Shown: positions 9,778-21,476 of the stretch, in pieces | Position numbering within the stretch: position 1 is the stretch's first letter | Layout of the letters: each line of letters starts with the position of its first letter | IMG/VR virus record: IMGVR_UViG_3300037826_000058 | Location: 1 to 64,000 of that record | Origin: a virus | Direction: 5' to 3' (one strand) | DNA: 64,000 nucleotides | Program-made: the position numbers and the translations under genes | Notes under the pieces: generated by a model | Told to the model about the DNA's origin: nothing | What the model saw: the letters and a program-made list of their open reading frames with translations, nothing else | Database searches by the model: none

Positions 9778-10653
9778 ATGGAAAAAACTATTGATAAGCT
9801 ACGCGCCCTCTCTCGTACATCAGAGAGCACCATGGCAACCCTGGAAACTGTACTAGTTAGCATCGTGGGGCGGTTGGCATGCTGGTTGGCCCCTATCCCA
9901 TCAGCCTTGCTCGTAAGCCGAGCAAGCAAAGAGATATTCTCATTATCTCTTGTCGAAGGGTTAATCATCGCTGTTGTGATTGAGATGGTGGGCCTGGTTA
10001 CATCTAATCTTTGGCTCACATTCAAGGAATGGAATACCACCAAACTAAAGTCAGAGGCTGGTGCTAACGAAAATCTAGCGCTGGGTTTAATGATGGGGTA
10101 CTTTGTAATATCATTCTTGCTTTTGTTAGGAATGGAATTACCAACAGTAATCAATGAAGGAAAAGTCCAGAACCTCATCGCCCTTTCGTTTCCAGGCTTA
10201 AGCGCCATTGGCGTCATATCGCTCAACCAGCGTGTTACTCATTTCCACCGCGTGAATGAAGCGGAAAGAGAGGCCGAGGAAAGAGCCAGAAGGCGGAAAG
10301 AGAGAAGTGAATCAAGGGAGATGAAAAAAGCGCAAAGGAAAGCCGAAGAAGCCGAAAGGAAGGCTAAGGAAGCTGAAGAGAAAGCCAAGGAAGCACAAAG
10401 GAAAATAGAGAAAGCCGAGAGGAAGGTTGAGGACGCGCAAAGGAAAAAACAGGAAGTTAGAAAGGCACTAATGGAAACGCTAGGAACTGAGAAGGAAACA
10501 CTAGGATACTATATGGAAAACCCTAGCGCACCCCAAAGCCAAGCAGCGGAAAGCATAGGAGTAACACCACGCACAATCAGGAATCACCTACAAATCTTGG
10601 AGGAATCTAAGATAATCAAGAAAAACGGGGACGGTATAGAAATCTTGATCTAA
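9778..10653 (+). CDS. Multi-TM, coiled-coil, C-terminal wHTH protein
   Basis: About 4 TM helices, an E/K/R coiled coil, then PSAPQSQAAESIGVTPRTIRNHLQILEESKII. Confidence 0.75.
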   Translation: MEKTIDKLRALSRTSESTMATLETVLVSIVGRLACWLAPIPSALLVSRASKEIFSLSLVEGLIIAVVIEMVGLVTSNLWLTFKEWNTTKLKSEAGANENLALGLMMGYFVISFLLLLGMELPTVINEGKVQNLIALSFPGLSAIGVISLNQRVTHFHRVNEAEREAEERARRRKERSESREMKKAQRKAEEAERKAKEAEEKAKEAQRKIEKAERKVEDAQRKKQEVRKALMETLGTEKETLGYYMENPSAPQSQAAESIGVTPRTIRNHLQILEESKIIKKNGDGIEILI

Positions 10654-10655
10654 AC

Positions 10656-10693
10656 AAAAAGCCCTGGGTAACAATCCCAGGGCTTTCGCTTTT
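10656..10693. terminator. Bidirectional intrinsic terminator
   Basis: AAAAAGCCCTGGG-TAACAAT-CCCAGGGCTTTCGCTTTT between convergent genes. Confidence 0.8.
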
Positions 10694-10697
10694 CTAG

Positions 10698-10714
10698 TGT
10701 AACATCATGTTACA
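10698..10714. repeat. 17-bp palindrome A, copy 1 (TGTAACATCATGTTACA)
   Basis: Exact copy; contains the stop codon of the exonuclease gene. Confidence 0.9.
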
Positions 10715-11430
10715 GCAGGATAGTGCTCCATCCAATCGTAGAACTCTTCTCGCTTGAATGGATTATCCATCCAGCTCGTATCTGGAAGCGGTAGCCCATA
10801 CGCTTCCTCGACAGGCAAAAAGCGCTTGCTGGGCTGCCATACCGAACTTTTCCCCGACCGAGTAATCCATTCCACAGCTCCACGCTCATTCATCTTTTCC
10901 CAAGCACGGGCTGTCAGCAATGCGTCGTGTTTAACATACTCAATGACTTCCAGTTGCTCCTCGAAACCCAGCGACCATTTCTCTACAGCCTCTAGCCCGT
11001 CCATTGTCTTAACCCCTAAGTCGTTGACCTCCGCATAAGACCCAAGGCCAATCATAAAACCTTTCTCACAAAGCATGTGGAAAGCGGGGTCATAACTTCC
11101 CCAGGCTATGGTTTCGACGCGCTCTTTGTAACGAGCGCTGGCATTACCCGCTAAGACAGGAAAATCGAACCCCATCCCGTTCCAAGATACAATTTGGTAT
11201 CCCTGCTTGTAATGTTCCCAAAGCCAGCAGACAACACGATTTATGTGTAACTCCTTCATTACCTCAAATCCTACCCCCTGAACAAAATCCCCATAGAAGG
11301 AGGATTTGAGGGTATGTTGTTCTCCACTAATGTAGTAGCCTACACACGTAATATCTAACTTCCCGATGCTTGCCCTGTCATCGGGGGCTTTCTGCGAGGT
11401 TTCGATGTCAAACGCGACGTACTTTTCCAT
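10705..11430 (-). CDS. RNase H-like DEDD 3'-5' exonuclease
   Basis: Exo motifs AFDIET, SWNGMGFDFPVL, YVKHDA. Confidence 0.8.
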   Translation of the reverse strand: MEKYVAFDIETSQKAPDDRASIGKLDITCVGYYISGEQHTLKSSFYGDFVQGVGFEVMKELHINRVVCWLWEHYKQGYQIVSWNGMGFDFPVLAGNASARYKERVETIAWGSYDPAFHMLCEKGFMIGLGSYAEVNDLGVKTMDGLEAVEKWSLGFEEQLEVIEYVKHDALLTARAWEKMNERGAVEWITRSGKSSVWQPSKRFLPVEEAYGLPLPDTSWMDNPFKREEFYDWMEHYPAVT

Positions 11431-11851
11431 TATAATACCTTACCTTATACCGACTGAAAAAATGTGGCCCTAGACCGCGAGCCACAATACCATCTACTTC
11501 TACCATACCCACCCCCTCACAAGGGGCTGGTAGAGCCAAGCTGCGTATTCTGCCACACACTTCTTGATACTGACATCTCCCACAGGGCTTAGGGGGTACT
11601 GCGGGGTGCAGCACCAGTGTGTTTATCCACACCCCCCAGTATTCCCCAGCCTTGTATGGAGATGTACCGAAAAGGTCAGCAATATCATATATCATATCGC
11701 GACCGGGGGTTCCGGTTAAAGACAGTGACTTGGCACTGTCTACCCAACGCCATACCGTCCTGGGTTCAACCCCCAGCCTGCTTCCTACTTCCTCAATACC
11801 CCATCCTCGCTTTTCCATCTCGACTTGAAGGTCAAATCCCTTCCCAGTCAT
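11408..11851 (-). CDS. XRE-like HTH protein with Cys cluster
   Basis: RGWGIEEVGSRLGVEPRTVWRW; PCGRCQYQEVC...PCE. Confidence 0.65.
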   Translation of the reverse strand: MTGKGFDLQVEMEKRGWGIEEVGSRLGVEPRTVWRWVDSAKSLSLTGTPGRDMIYDIADLFGTSPYKAGEYWGVWINTLVLHPAVPPKPCGRCQYQEVCGRIRSLALPAPCEGVGMVEVDGIVARGLGPHFFSRYKVRYYNGKVRRV

Positions 11852-12233
11852 CGATTAAATCCCCCATCAGGCGCTCTAGTCTGTAATCAGCAAGGTCTTT
11901 CTCAACCCCAGATGACGTGAAGTATTCCATCAAGGCATTATAACTATTGCTAATATGGTGCGTCAATACCATAGATAGTAGATTCACATACTCTTCCACC
12001 ATCTCTTTAGGCACATCTTCCTCTCGCCCCGATAGCTGAAGAGTTATCCTAACTAGGGCATCTGACAGACCTGCGCCTAAATATGCGCACATTTCATCTA
12101 CGTTTTGGGATTTGCTTACCAGAACCAAGCACTGCTTCCCCCCACGCAGATAATAAGCACTAGCCACTTCACCCTTCTTAACATTCGTCAAATCCATCCC
12201 CAACCTAAACATAGTATTGGCGCTTTTATTCAT
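11832..12233 (-). CDS. Hypothetical protein
   Basis: Coupled ORF in the minus-strand operon. Confidence 0.55.
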   Translation of the reverse strand: MNKSANTMFRLGMDLTNVKKGEVASAYYLRGGKQCLVLVSKSQNVDEMCAYLGAGLSDALVRITLQLSGREEDVPKEMVEEYVNLLSMVLTHHISNSYNALMEYFTSSGVEKDLADYRLERLMGDLIDDWEGI

Positions 12234-12475
12234 CAGAACACCCTTGCTTGAGAAGCATCTACCTTAACGCGCACCCCACAGACGTTAAGCAAATTAACAA
12301 CAGCTACTTGGGGGTTGTTGCCATAACCTTTATACTGCTTCCCATCGATTTTTGTTTCAGCACACCACCCCTCACTATCTCGATAAACCTCAATTTCTTG
12401 GATGGGCACCAGCCCCTCAGACAGCGCAGCTTCTTCTACGCTGTCAAACCCGCCAGTGACAAACTGCACTTTCAT
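12233..12475 (-). CDS. Hypothetical protein (start MKVQF)
   Basis: AGGAGG RBS before ATG 12475. Confidence 0.6.
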   Translation of the reverse strand: MKVQFVTGGFDSVEEAALSEGLVPIQEIEVYRDSEGWCAETKIDGKQYKGYGNNPQVAVVNLLNVCGVRVKVDASQARVF

Positions 12476-12476
12476 C

Positions 12477-13031
12477 CTATCCTCCTGTAAACGGCAAAAC
12501 AATACCCTTTTGATGCTGATACCGTCCCTTGCGATCAGCATACGATACATCGCAAATCTCATCAGCACTAAGGAAAACGAGCTGCGCAATTCCCTCACCA
12601 GCATAAACCTTAGCCGGAAGGGGTGTTGTGTTGCTAATTTCAATGGTGATGTAGCCCTTCCACTCCGGCTCTAAGGGGGTCACGTTCACTACAATACCGC
12701 ACCGCGCATACGTGCTTTTCCCCAAGCATATCACCATGATGTCTCTGGGTACTTCAACCCACTCTAATGACCTTGCTAAAGCAAAAGAGTTGGGGGGAAT
12801 AATGCAATACCCTGCTGAGTTAAGGGATACAAAGGATGCATCTGGAAACCGCTTGGGGTCTACACACTTCCACGGTACTCCAGCGCAAACCCTAAATTCG
12901 TTGGCTACTCGGATGTCGTAACCGTAAGAAGAAAGACCATAGGATATTGCTCCACCCTCGCTAACTTGATGGTCAACAAAGGGGGTAATCATCCCCTCTC
13001 TTAATTTAATCTGCTTGTCACTCAGTGGCAT
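12477..13031 (-). CDS. dcd: dCTP deaminase
   Basis: [44 protein letters not shown]. Confidence 0.95.
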   Translation of the reverse strand: MPLSDKQIKLREGMITPFVDHQVSEGGAISYGLSSYGYDIRVANEFRVCAGVPWKCVDPKRFPDASFVSLNSAGYCIIPPNSFALARSLEWVEVPRDIMVICLGKSTYARCGIVVNVTPLEPEWKGYITIEISNTTPLPAKVYAGEGIAQLVFLSADEICDVSYADRKGRYQHQKGIVLPFTGG

Positions 13032-13274
13032 CAGACCTCCATATCACTTTGTATCCGCTACCCAGATTGTTTATCACAGTGTTCATGCTCTCCGACGTGG
13101 GTTGTACAACAAATTGTATCTCATCACCCGCATCAGTTGCAATCAGAGCAACTATATCAGAGGAATTTGACGTTGCTACAGTCAACCCCTCTCCAATATT
13201 CCTGGTGTTTAACTGTACCTTCTCACCACTGATAAAACGTATGTTCACACGCGTGCTCGCCGGCCTAAACAACA

Positions 13275-13919
13275 TCAAACCATCCTCCTTTCAGTGGAAA
13301 CCTTGCAACGAGGGCAATAATAATACTCTTCTTCTACTACCTCCTTCTCCGTATACCTATAGACAAGGTGCTTTTCCATCGACCTCATGCAACGGTCACA
13401 AATTACGTTTGTACCATGCCTAAGCGGTGCTAGCCATGCATTTTTTCCGAATTTCTCTAGTTGATAACAACTACACCCCAGATCAACAATAGGAGCACAA
13501 TCACCTTCATTGTTACCCCAATTCCATTCACACTCTGGACACGGGGTCTGTCCTTCGGTAAAACCAAGATATTCTTGTTCACCAAACTCATGTCCACAAC
13601 GTGGGCACTCGCCCAGGCAAGCATCACATAGCTCCTCAACTTGCATAGGCCAGTATCCCGCACCATGTGGAGCACCATTCTCCGTATAAACCACAACACC
13701 AGTTGCTCCACACTCACGACAGTAATCGGGGTAATTAGCCTCATATTCTCTGAGGCGAGCAACCTGCCCGTCATAGGCAGTGTTACATGCTGTCGTGTGT
13801 CTGTCTCTATTCCTCACGATGGGACTCCCTTTCGCCTTCATGGCGCATCCTCTCGAATTCAACTCCCTTAGCAAACCCCCATCCCCTAAACCGTGCCGTG
13901 GTGTTTTTGTATACGACAT
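13275..13919 (-). CDS. Cys-rich multi-Zn-finger protein (start uncertain)
   Basis: Six or more CxxC pairs. Confidence 0.6.
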   Translation of the reverse strand: MSYTKTPRHGLGDGGLLRELNSRGCAMKAKGSPIVRNRDRHTTACNTAYDGQVARLREYEANYPDYCRECGATGVVVYTENGAPHGAGYWPMQVEELCDACLGECPRCGHEFGEQEYLGFTEGQTPCPECEWNWGNNEGDCAPIVDLGCSCYQLEKFGKNAWLAPLRHGTNVICDRCMRSMEKHLVYRYTEKEVVEEEYYYCPRCKVSTERRMV

Positions 13920-14707
13920 TCATAACCTGTGATACAGTGACTAAGAGAGCAACACCTATCACCATGTGAAGAATGTGAGAAAGATTAGGGGTTGCATCCC
14001 ATATGTTTCCGATGACGACCCCCACCAAATATCCCGCTATCACGGACATTACGCCCAGGTTTTCCTCTACATAAGCCTTGACAATCACTTTAACCTCCAA
14101 ATAACAGATGATGCCCATCCATACAATATGACCCAGGGAATAATAATCCCAGAGCCATATGTATCCATTAATGCCCCAAGGGGCATTAACACAAGATATA
14201 ACAACGTTCCGCAAAGAATCAACCTTAGAACTATGCTAACACCCTCTTTTTCTTCAGGCTCTGGCTCGGTTTCCGGTTCTTCTTGGGAAAACAAGAAAAG
14301 GATTATCGTACCCATTACCCATGCAGACACAGCCAAGACTGTACCTGTCTTTGACCACGCCTTGTGGGCTACGAGTACGTAACCCCCAGCGATGCTCGCC
14401 ATAACAACCTTAAAAACCCATGGTGCCAACTTCTCACTCACCTAATACCGCCTCGATTATACGCCCCTTCCATTCATACCCCCCATCCTCAGCGTTGTCC
14501 AAGACATCTTGATAACACTTTGGGCATAACGGAATATCAATTCTCCTTGCGCAGGGTTCCCGCTCTACCTCGTAGGATACAAGGTAGTTGTGAGTGCACG
14601 GGAAACATATATCCGCCCCGCACTTTACGCACTCTTGACGCGACAGTGCGTTCATGCATGCATCACAAACACGTACTTTCTTTAACATTTTTACCTCCTC
14701 ACTGACA

Positions 14708-14736
14708 ATTATACACTATCCAGCACCCACTGTCAA
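14708..14736 (-). promoter_or_regulatory. sigma70-type promoter
   Basis: TTGACA-17-TATAAT on the minus strand. Confidence 0.8.
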
Positions 14737-16921
14737 GAAGAAAAACCTTAAAGTCTCTCAAACCTATCTGGAAGGTCTACTGGAATACCTTCCATGGTTC
14801 CTAACCACTCCCGTCTCGATTTGTTGTTCCGCCTCCTCTGTTCAAAATACCAATCAAAAAAGCCGGAACGATGGTACAACATATGCAGAATCCCTACCGC
14901 CGCCTTACCGAGGTCATTGTCGAACTCGATGAACTCATCAACACTCGTGTCCCAATAAACACGACCCAAGACATAGCACCACCGATAGCACACTACTCTG
15001 CCCACCAAATTCCTTTGTCTATCGGTAGACAGGTGTGAAATGTGTCTGTCACGAATAGGCAACCCGCCACAACGCTTGCGAAGACCATTGCAACACGTCA
15101 TGTTGCGTCTTCCGATGTCACTGTGAAACGGGCAAAGCAACCCGTCCTTCCAGGTTAAGTATAGAGGCCCCCAGTCCCCGTGAAACCAAGAATGCAACGT
15201 CGCTAGAGTGGGTACGCAACGCACTTCATGTTCGGGGACAATGATTTTATATTCGTAGCGGTTGCCCCCACCCCACTCTCCTTTTTCCTTGTATCTAGCC
15301 CTCATCTCATTGAACTGTTGCTTGGTCATCCTGAGACTACCAGGGCGCATCGTGATAACCCGCTCAGGGATGGTCTTCATGTATGATTCCATTATGCCTT
15401 CTCCAAGTTCTTAACCTGCCACCAAGGGCCAAATGTAACACCCTCCGGCCATTCAACACACGCCATCAGCCGATGATTGCTTTCAAAGCGATACAGGATT
15501 TTTCCCGTAGGGTTTCCCTGTTCCTCGATAATCGCTTTGGCGTGCTGGCTCTCACAGTTACCAAGGTAAACCCTCACTCTGTCACCCGCCTTGAGGCGCA
15601 AGGATTCTATCTCTCTGTCTAGTTCTTCAATCATCACGTCAAGCACATCAATCGCCTCTTGACACGCCCTGGCGGTTTCCTCCATCTCCTCTTTCTCTCG
15701 AAGCCATGCGTCCATCAAGCTTCCCTCCTAACTGTCATGTGGTTTTGCAATCTACTTATGAACACAGGACGCATCTTGGTGTTATCGACAGAGAACACCA
15801 CGTTACCGCCCAAGGTCGTACAATCCTTAACGGTCACACTTTGTTTCATACCCATATCTGTTGCCAGAGAAAGGATAAACTCTTGAACATCTCCCCTGTC
15901 ATCTGATGGGGCTGGCTCTGCAACATACTCTACGCAACCAAGCTCTCGATTCACAGTGAAGTAGTAATCTCCCTCCTCAATATCTACATCAGCGTGAATT
16001 ACAATTACCCCATCCTCTACCGACACAACCGTTCCGCTAAACTTAGTCATGACCCCTCCTAAGCAGGTTCTGTGGATACCACCGCTTTTCAGCTAAGCAG
16101 ATGGTATCATTTTGGGCATAGCCCACACGCGAGACATCTTAGGGTGTGCTTCAGACACCCTTGTACCACACACTCTACACATACTCGTGAACCACCTTGA
16201 TTCTCATCTCACCTAGATAATCCACGCTGTAAATAAATTCATCTCCAATATCGGTGTTTCCAACCACCTTTCCCTTTTTCAGCGTCACATACGGTGACAC
16301 AAAAGAGGGCGTGGGGAACAATTTCTGCTCCGATAAGTGGATGACTTTCTCACGCATGGTATAATGTGAAAATTCACCAGAGTCATGAGCATGCACTGCT
16401 GCCCATATATAAACTCGATACCCATACATTTTCATCGCTCCCATTGATAATCTGGATATGTTTCTCGCACCCTTTCTTGTACTTCAAGAGCGTCCACTGA
16501 TGGGAATAAACGTAGCAAAAAATTTATCTCATCACGAGCAGCCCTGATTGCATCATGGAGAGTGCAAGAGTGATAATAATCAACGTAGGGTGTTTTCCTA
16601 CAGAACATACGTCCCGTTTCCAAATAAACAGGACAGCCATCACACCCAGGATGCCCCATGCACAGAGCACAAGTGTGGATATTCCCGTCCTCAAGTGCAA
16701 CTAAATCACCGTGCTTGTGGGGTATTGACCAGGGGAGAAGAGCTTCTCCCCGCGCAATCAGCACCGCTTCTACGGACATCCACTTTTGCACAGACAACGC
16801 CCCCAACTCAGCGTCGGACATTCCCTCTACTTCAATGGGCACATCAGTGCTCATTCTAAGATTCCCGACCTTCACTGGCACTGGAATAAAATTAACTTTC
16901 ATGTCTTCCCTCCATACCAAT

Positions 16922-16950
16922 ATGATACACGAAAACGCGGTCTATGTCAA
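16922..16950 (-). promoter_or_regulatory. sigma70-type promoter
   Basis: TTGACA-17-TATCAT on the minus strand. Confidence 0.75.
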
Positions 16951-17173
16951 GAAGATTTTCCTTAAAAAAGATACGCTGTTCCTGACACAACCACTTCTAT
17001 CACCGTTATTACCAGCAGAATAACGGTTAGAACGGCAATGGGGTAGAACAGTAACCGTGTCACCTTTCCTAGTAAAACAAAGATGCTCTTCCCCATCTCA
17101 TAAGAGATAACGGTAGCCAACAGACACACCATCATCAAGCTTCCCACTACCATCATTACCCAATATAAAGCCA

Positions 17174-17995
17174 TCATACTCCTCTGTAATAGATATTACC
17201 ATCGATACAAACCACAAAAGGGTGTGTTCTGGGTTGGCTTAATTTACCCTCTTGGGTATCCCCCTCCAGATTAGCGTCTTTGAGGGGTACACATTTTTGA
17301 TATATATACAACTCGTCAGCTGTACTTCCCCTCTCTGCGAGAGGGTTGTGTCTATTAGCCTCATCAAAAGCCACCGCCTCAGCAAACTCATCAGGGTAAT
17401 TTTGTTTCATGTCCAACCACTCACTGGAATGGCGGTAAGGACACCCAATACAAGAGCTCCTGATAGGAACCGGCATCTTTTTTCCTCTCAAATAGTCTAT
17501 ACAATCTTGGCGCGTCATCCCCTTCTCAATCAAAGGCCAGCGATTAACCTTGTACTGTTGTCTACTGGGCTTTGCCCTGCGCCACTCATCCCAAGATATT
17601 CCTATCCATACCTCTATCGCCCCAGGCGGTGGAGCCGGAGGGGAAGATGCATCAAAACCCACAAGCTCTCTCAATCGACGCTTAACCGGCTTGAGCTTAA
17701 ACTCAACCGTGCATTGGCGCTGTAAGGGGCCACCATCGGAAGTCCAAAAGGGTATGTGTATATGCTCTTCAGCACCTAAGACACGAATATTACCGGAAGA
17801 AACCCTCTCAACACGTATCCCGTGGTCTTCAAGCCAATCCCTATAAAATGCATAGGATTCATAGGTCTCCCTTCGTTCCCATTGTGTATCAGCAAAAATT
17901 GCGACATCGAGTAATGGCAAATCCCCCAAAGCACTCATAACCGCGAGGGTTGTAGATTGTACTCCACACCCCCAAGACAACGCTCTTAATTTCAC
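17174..17995 (-). CDS. PAPS-reductase-like (adenine nucleotide alpha hydrolase) protein
   Basis: LSWGCGVQST, IFADTQWE, RQCTVEFKLKP, SSCIGCPY. Confidence 0.75.
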   Translation of the reverse strand: MKLRALSWGCGVQSTTLAVMSALGDLPLLDVAIFADTQWERRETYESYAFYRDWLEDHGIRVERVSSGNIRVLGAEEHIHIPFWTSDGGPLQRQCTVEFKLKPVKRRLRELVGFDASSPPAPPPGAIEVWIGISWDEWRRAKPSRQQYKVNRWPLIEKGMTRQDCIDYLRGKKMPVPIRSSCIGCPYRHSSEWLDMKQNYPDEFAEAVAFDEANRHNPLAERGSTADELYIYQKCVPLKDANLEGDTQEGKLSQPRTHPFVVCIDGNIYYRGV

Positions 17996-19618
17996 GTTTC
18001 CACCATAGATAATTGTTGAGGGCGCGGCGATAAATCAACACTGTACCGCACCCTAACCCACCTGCGAACTTCCTCGCGGGCATCATGCTCGTTGTTGTGA
18101 ACAGAAGACATAAAAGACCCATCCCCACTCACGCGAACGACAACACGATGCCCACGCTCGTCACGGGTAATTTCGAGGTCAAAATCCTTGGAATTCATCC
18201 AAGTTAATGTATTCTCTCAAAGCCATTTGACCTACCTCAACCTCAACGCCATCCCCAATACTCAGTGCCTCGACACAGCCTAGCACAAAGTCGAGATCAA
18301 GAGCGACCCATGTAGTATTCTTCAATCTGACTTTGTACACCGTAACGTCATCGTCAAGAGCTTCCAGGCAATGAGGACACAAAGTCTCCTCATCGACAAC
18401 GGCGGGGTTGGGATTAACGACATGTTTTGCAATCCCAAGACCGCACAGCGTGTACGTCACTGATACATCGGGTACAAAAATGTGCAACCGCTTAAAATCA
18501 CCCTTCGCCAACGCGTATTCCATCACTCCTCCTCAGACTCAAAAAAACCATCTTGGCAAGCCTGGCACATACCAGACAACTGATATTCTCGCTTGCTTAC
18601 TTGGTTAACAAACTCTTCCTCAACAACCTCTTTCCCACACATAGAGCAAACGCCAGTGGTGGGGTCATGAGGAACAATTTCTTTCAAAAAGCTAACTATA
18701 GCTGGATACTTGTCATCCCAAACGTTCACGACTCCCCCTCAAGCCACTCAACAGCCTGTCTATGAACCTTGTATCTTATCCATGCCGCCCTTCTGCCCCC
18801 ACGGTCATCTTCCATCTCCACAAGCCTCTTTTCCCTTTTGGCTCTCTCACGATGATACTCAATCAACCGCCCCCTTTCTTCATTGCGGGCCTTTTCGAGA
18901 AGGCCCATAAACTCTCCATGCGCCATCTCTACAGGGGTCATTGGCATCTCTAGGGGCCACGGAGTGGTGGCCTCATCATCATCATAAATGGTCAGGGAAA
19001 CCTCATCACAAACCTCGACTTGTACAGAGACCTTCAACACCCTCTCACCAGCCCAAGCTATCCACGACTCTAGGGCTTTATTGACAATCTCTCTATCTGG
19101 ATTCTCTTCCATCTCTGTGATGGCATTGCCTAACGCCATCATCAGTTCCTCTCTAACAAAATCAGCCATTTTCTTCCTCACTTTCTAGGCTCTGGACATG
19201 TACAACTTGCTCTCTACCACCCCCCAAGATTATCTTGTAATGCGTCCCCTGGGGGTTGCATGCCCCAACCACAGTACCTTTTTCTCCACTCTCTGTTCTA
19301 ATCTTTTCCCCAGGAGTGAACCTAAGATGTCTTCCATCGTAAAGCATCGCTATTCCTCCATATAGGTTAATGTAACCCGCACTCGTACTGTACCACCAAA
19401 CTCGATAGGAGTACCGTTATCCAACAACTCTGACAACAACTCTTCCAAAAGGTAGTCAATCTCTCCCCAGTCTTGGAGTGATTCCCAACCCTTGAAATCC
19501 ATGAACGCGGTAATGGTGTTTGGTTGACAAACATCTGATTCTAAGCGTTCAATCTCATTTTCTAGTCGCTCGATTTTCTTTTCTAATGCAACTCTTGTCC
19601 TGGTCATGTAGAACCCCC

Positions 19619-19771
19619 CTAGAACGGAATGGCATTATCGCCAAACAATCTATGCATTTTATCGTATGGCATGCCATCCTCGACAGGATACACAAGCCAA
19701 ACACCATCCTCATAAATGTTTAGCCCCAGTAAACCCATCGCGCTCAGTGCTTTTGCCAGTAACAATTTCAC
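19619..19771 (-). CDS. 50-aa protein, paralog of 20440-20589
   Basis: Manual translation MKLLLAKALSAMGLLGLNIYEDGVWLVYPVEDGMPYDKMHRLFGDNAIPF. Confidence 0.65.
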   Translation of the reverse strand: MKLLLAKALSAMGLLGLNIYEDGVWLVYPVEDGMPYDKMHRLFGDNAIPF

Positions 19772-20439
19772 GTTCACTGCCCCCGTCTCTCTTTTCGTAT
19801 CTGTTCCATCTCTTGGCGCACCGCATCACAAATGTTCATATGTGGTGTAGTGTGCTCCAGCCTATTGATTACGTTGTAGGCGAGTTCTGCACCCTCAGCC
19901 CGTGCCCGCTCAAGAGCAGCATCTAGGTATTGCCAATCATCATCGCTTTCAATGACACCACAAGCCTCAATAATGGCATCGTTGATACTATCATACGACG
20001 GTGGTGCATTTGGGGTACTGCCTATGAGTTCTAGCACTTTATCCAGCTTGGCCTGAGCAGCCGCCGCCTCTTCTTCCAATTTCTCTATGCGCTCTACCAG
20101 CGCCTCCACCACTGCATACCACAAACCGCTTTCTGCAATATTGTTATCATATTCAAATACCAATTCCCAGGCGCTTTCTATGCGATCACGCTCCTCTCCC
20201 CTCGCTTGTTCCAGCTCCTGACGCAGCCGGTCACGCTCTACTTTCAGCTCTTCAATGCGTTCCAACAGCACCCCAACTTCTTCCGGTGTTGTAACGGGAA
20301 CCCATTCCCCGTCAAACTCACCGAGGTCATAGATAAAAGCACCATCCGTAACCTCGTTGTCAGAGGTTACAAAATAGATACTATCCTGCTCATCATCTCT
20401 ATACCACCAATATCCAGTCTTCATCTGTTTCCTCGCTTT

Positions 20440-20589
20440 CTAAAACGGAACAGCGTTATCTCTGAATAGGAGACACATCACATTGTACGAAATGCCTCCC
20501 TCGACAGGGTACACGAACCAGCCACCACTATAAACCACTAGTCCCAGCAACCCTAGAGTTCTAAGAACCCTTGCCAGTAACAATTTCAC
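20440..20589 (-). CDS. 49-aa protein, paralog of 19619-19771
   Basis: Manual translation MKLLLARVLRTLGLLGLVVYSGGWFVYPVEGGISYNVMCLLFRDNAVPF; GGAGG RBS. Confidence 0.65.
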   Translation of the reverse strand: MKLLLARVLRTLGLLGLVVYSGGWFVYPVEGGISYNVMCLLFRDNAVPF

Positions 20590-21476
20590 GCTTCCCTCCC
20601 TGTTTCCTCGTTCCCTAGGAGACTAGACATTAGCTGTCTCGCCTTCATCCTTACCCCAATCAGGCAAAGCCTCTAAATCCCCTTCCCACGTATGAAGCTC
20701 GTAAAATGCCCACAAAGCTTCCTTCAACGCAGACCATCTTTTAGCCTTAGTTCTGTAGACACAAACGGCATACAGAGTACGTGATAGCCTCTGCAACAGA
20801 TGGATTTCGTGGCTTTGTTCAACTGTGATGTCGGTGACAAGGTTTCTAAGCCCCTCAAACCCATGATATAGGTGTTGTAGATAATGGAGTAGAGAACTTC
20901 GCTTCTCATCATCTACCATATACAGAGTGAATATAGAAGCATACGTCCTCGCTACGTTGAAAGGGGTAATAGGGTGATGTCGTTCTCCTTCCCCCGCACC
21001 AATCATGACCCGCAAGCGAGAGGTCATGACTCTCTTGAAGTAGTAGAAAGCATCGTTGTATGGAGTATCTGGCCCCCTCGTAGCCGTGATAATGTTGTAC
21101 ACATGCCTATCCCTAGCTATCTCTCGTAACAAGCTCAATTTATTACTCACTTCTGCCTCCCATACTTTTAATTAACCCTCTCAGAAGATGCAATTCTTCC
21201 GCTATCGCCACAAGCGCTTCAGCCTGAGCAACGGCCAGATTCCTGTCAAAGTTGCGCTCGCGCCTCACCGCCACCAAAAGACTTGCTTCTTCCAGGTGTT
21301 TCTTGGCGGTTTCTGTGTGCTTGTTACGCATTATACTTCCTCCGCACGCTTAAGCGCACACAACATTAAAATTGAGGTTACTGCGCAAACCCCAATCATA
21401 ACTGTCGAGAATATACCCCATTCATGGGCAAGCGAAAGACCCAGAACAAACGCCCAAACCAGCGTGATTATTAAAG

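Noticed and set aside
16055-16172. Two hairpins in a minus-strand intergenic gap as a riboswitch
   Set aside because: Stems are present but there is no recognisable aptamer motif or second copy.
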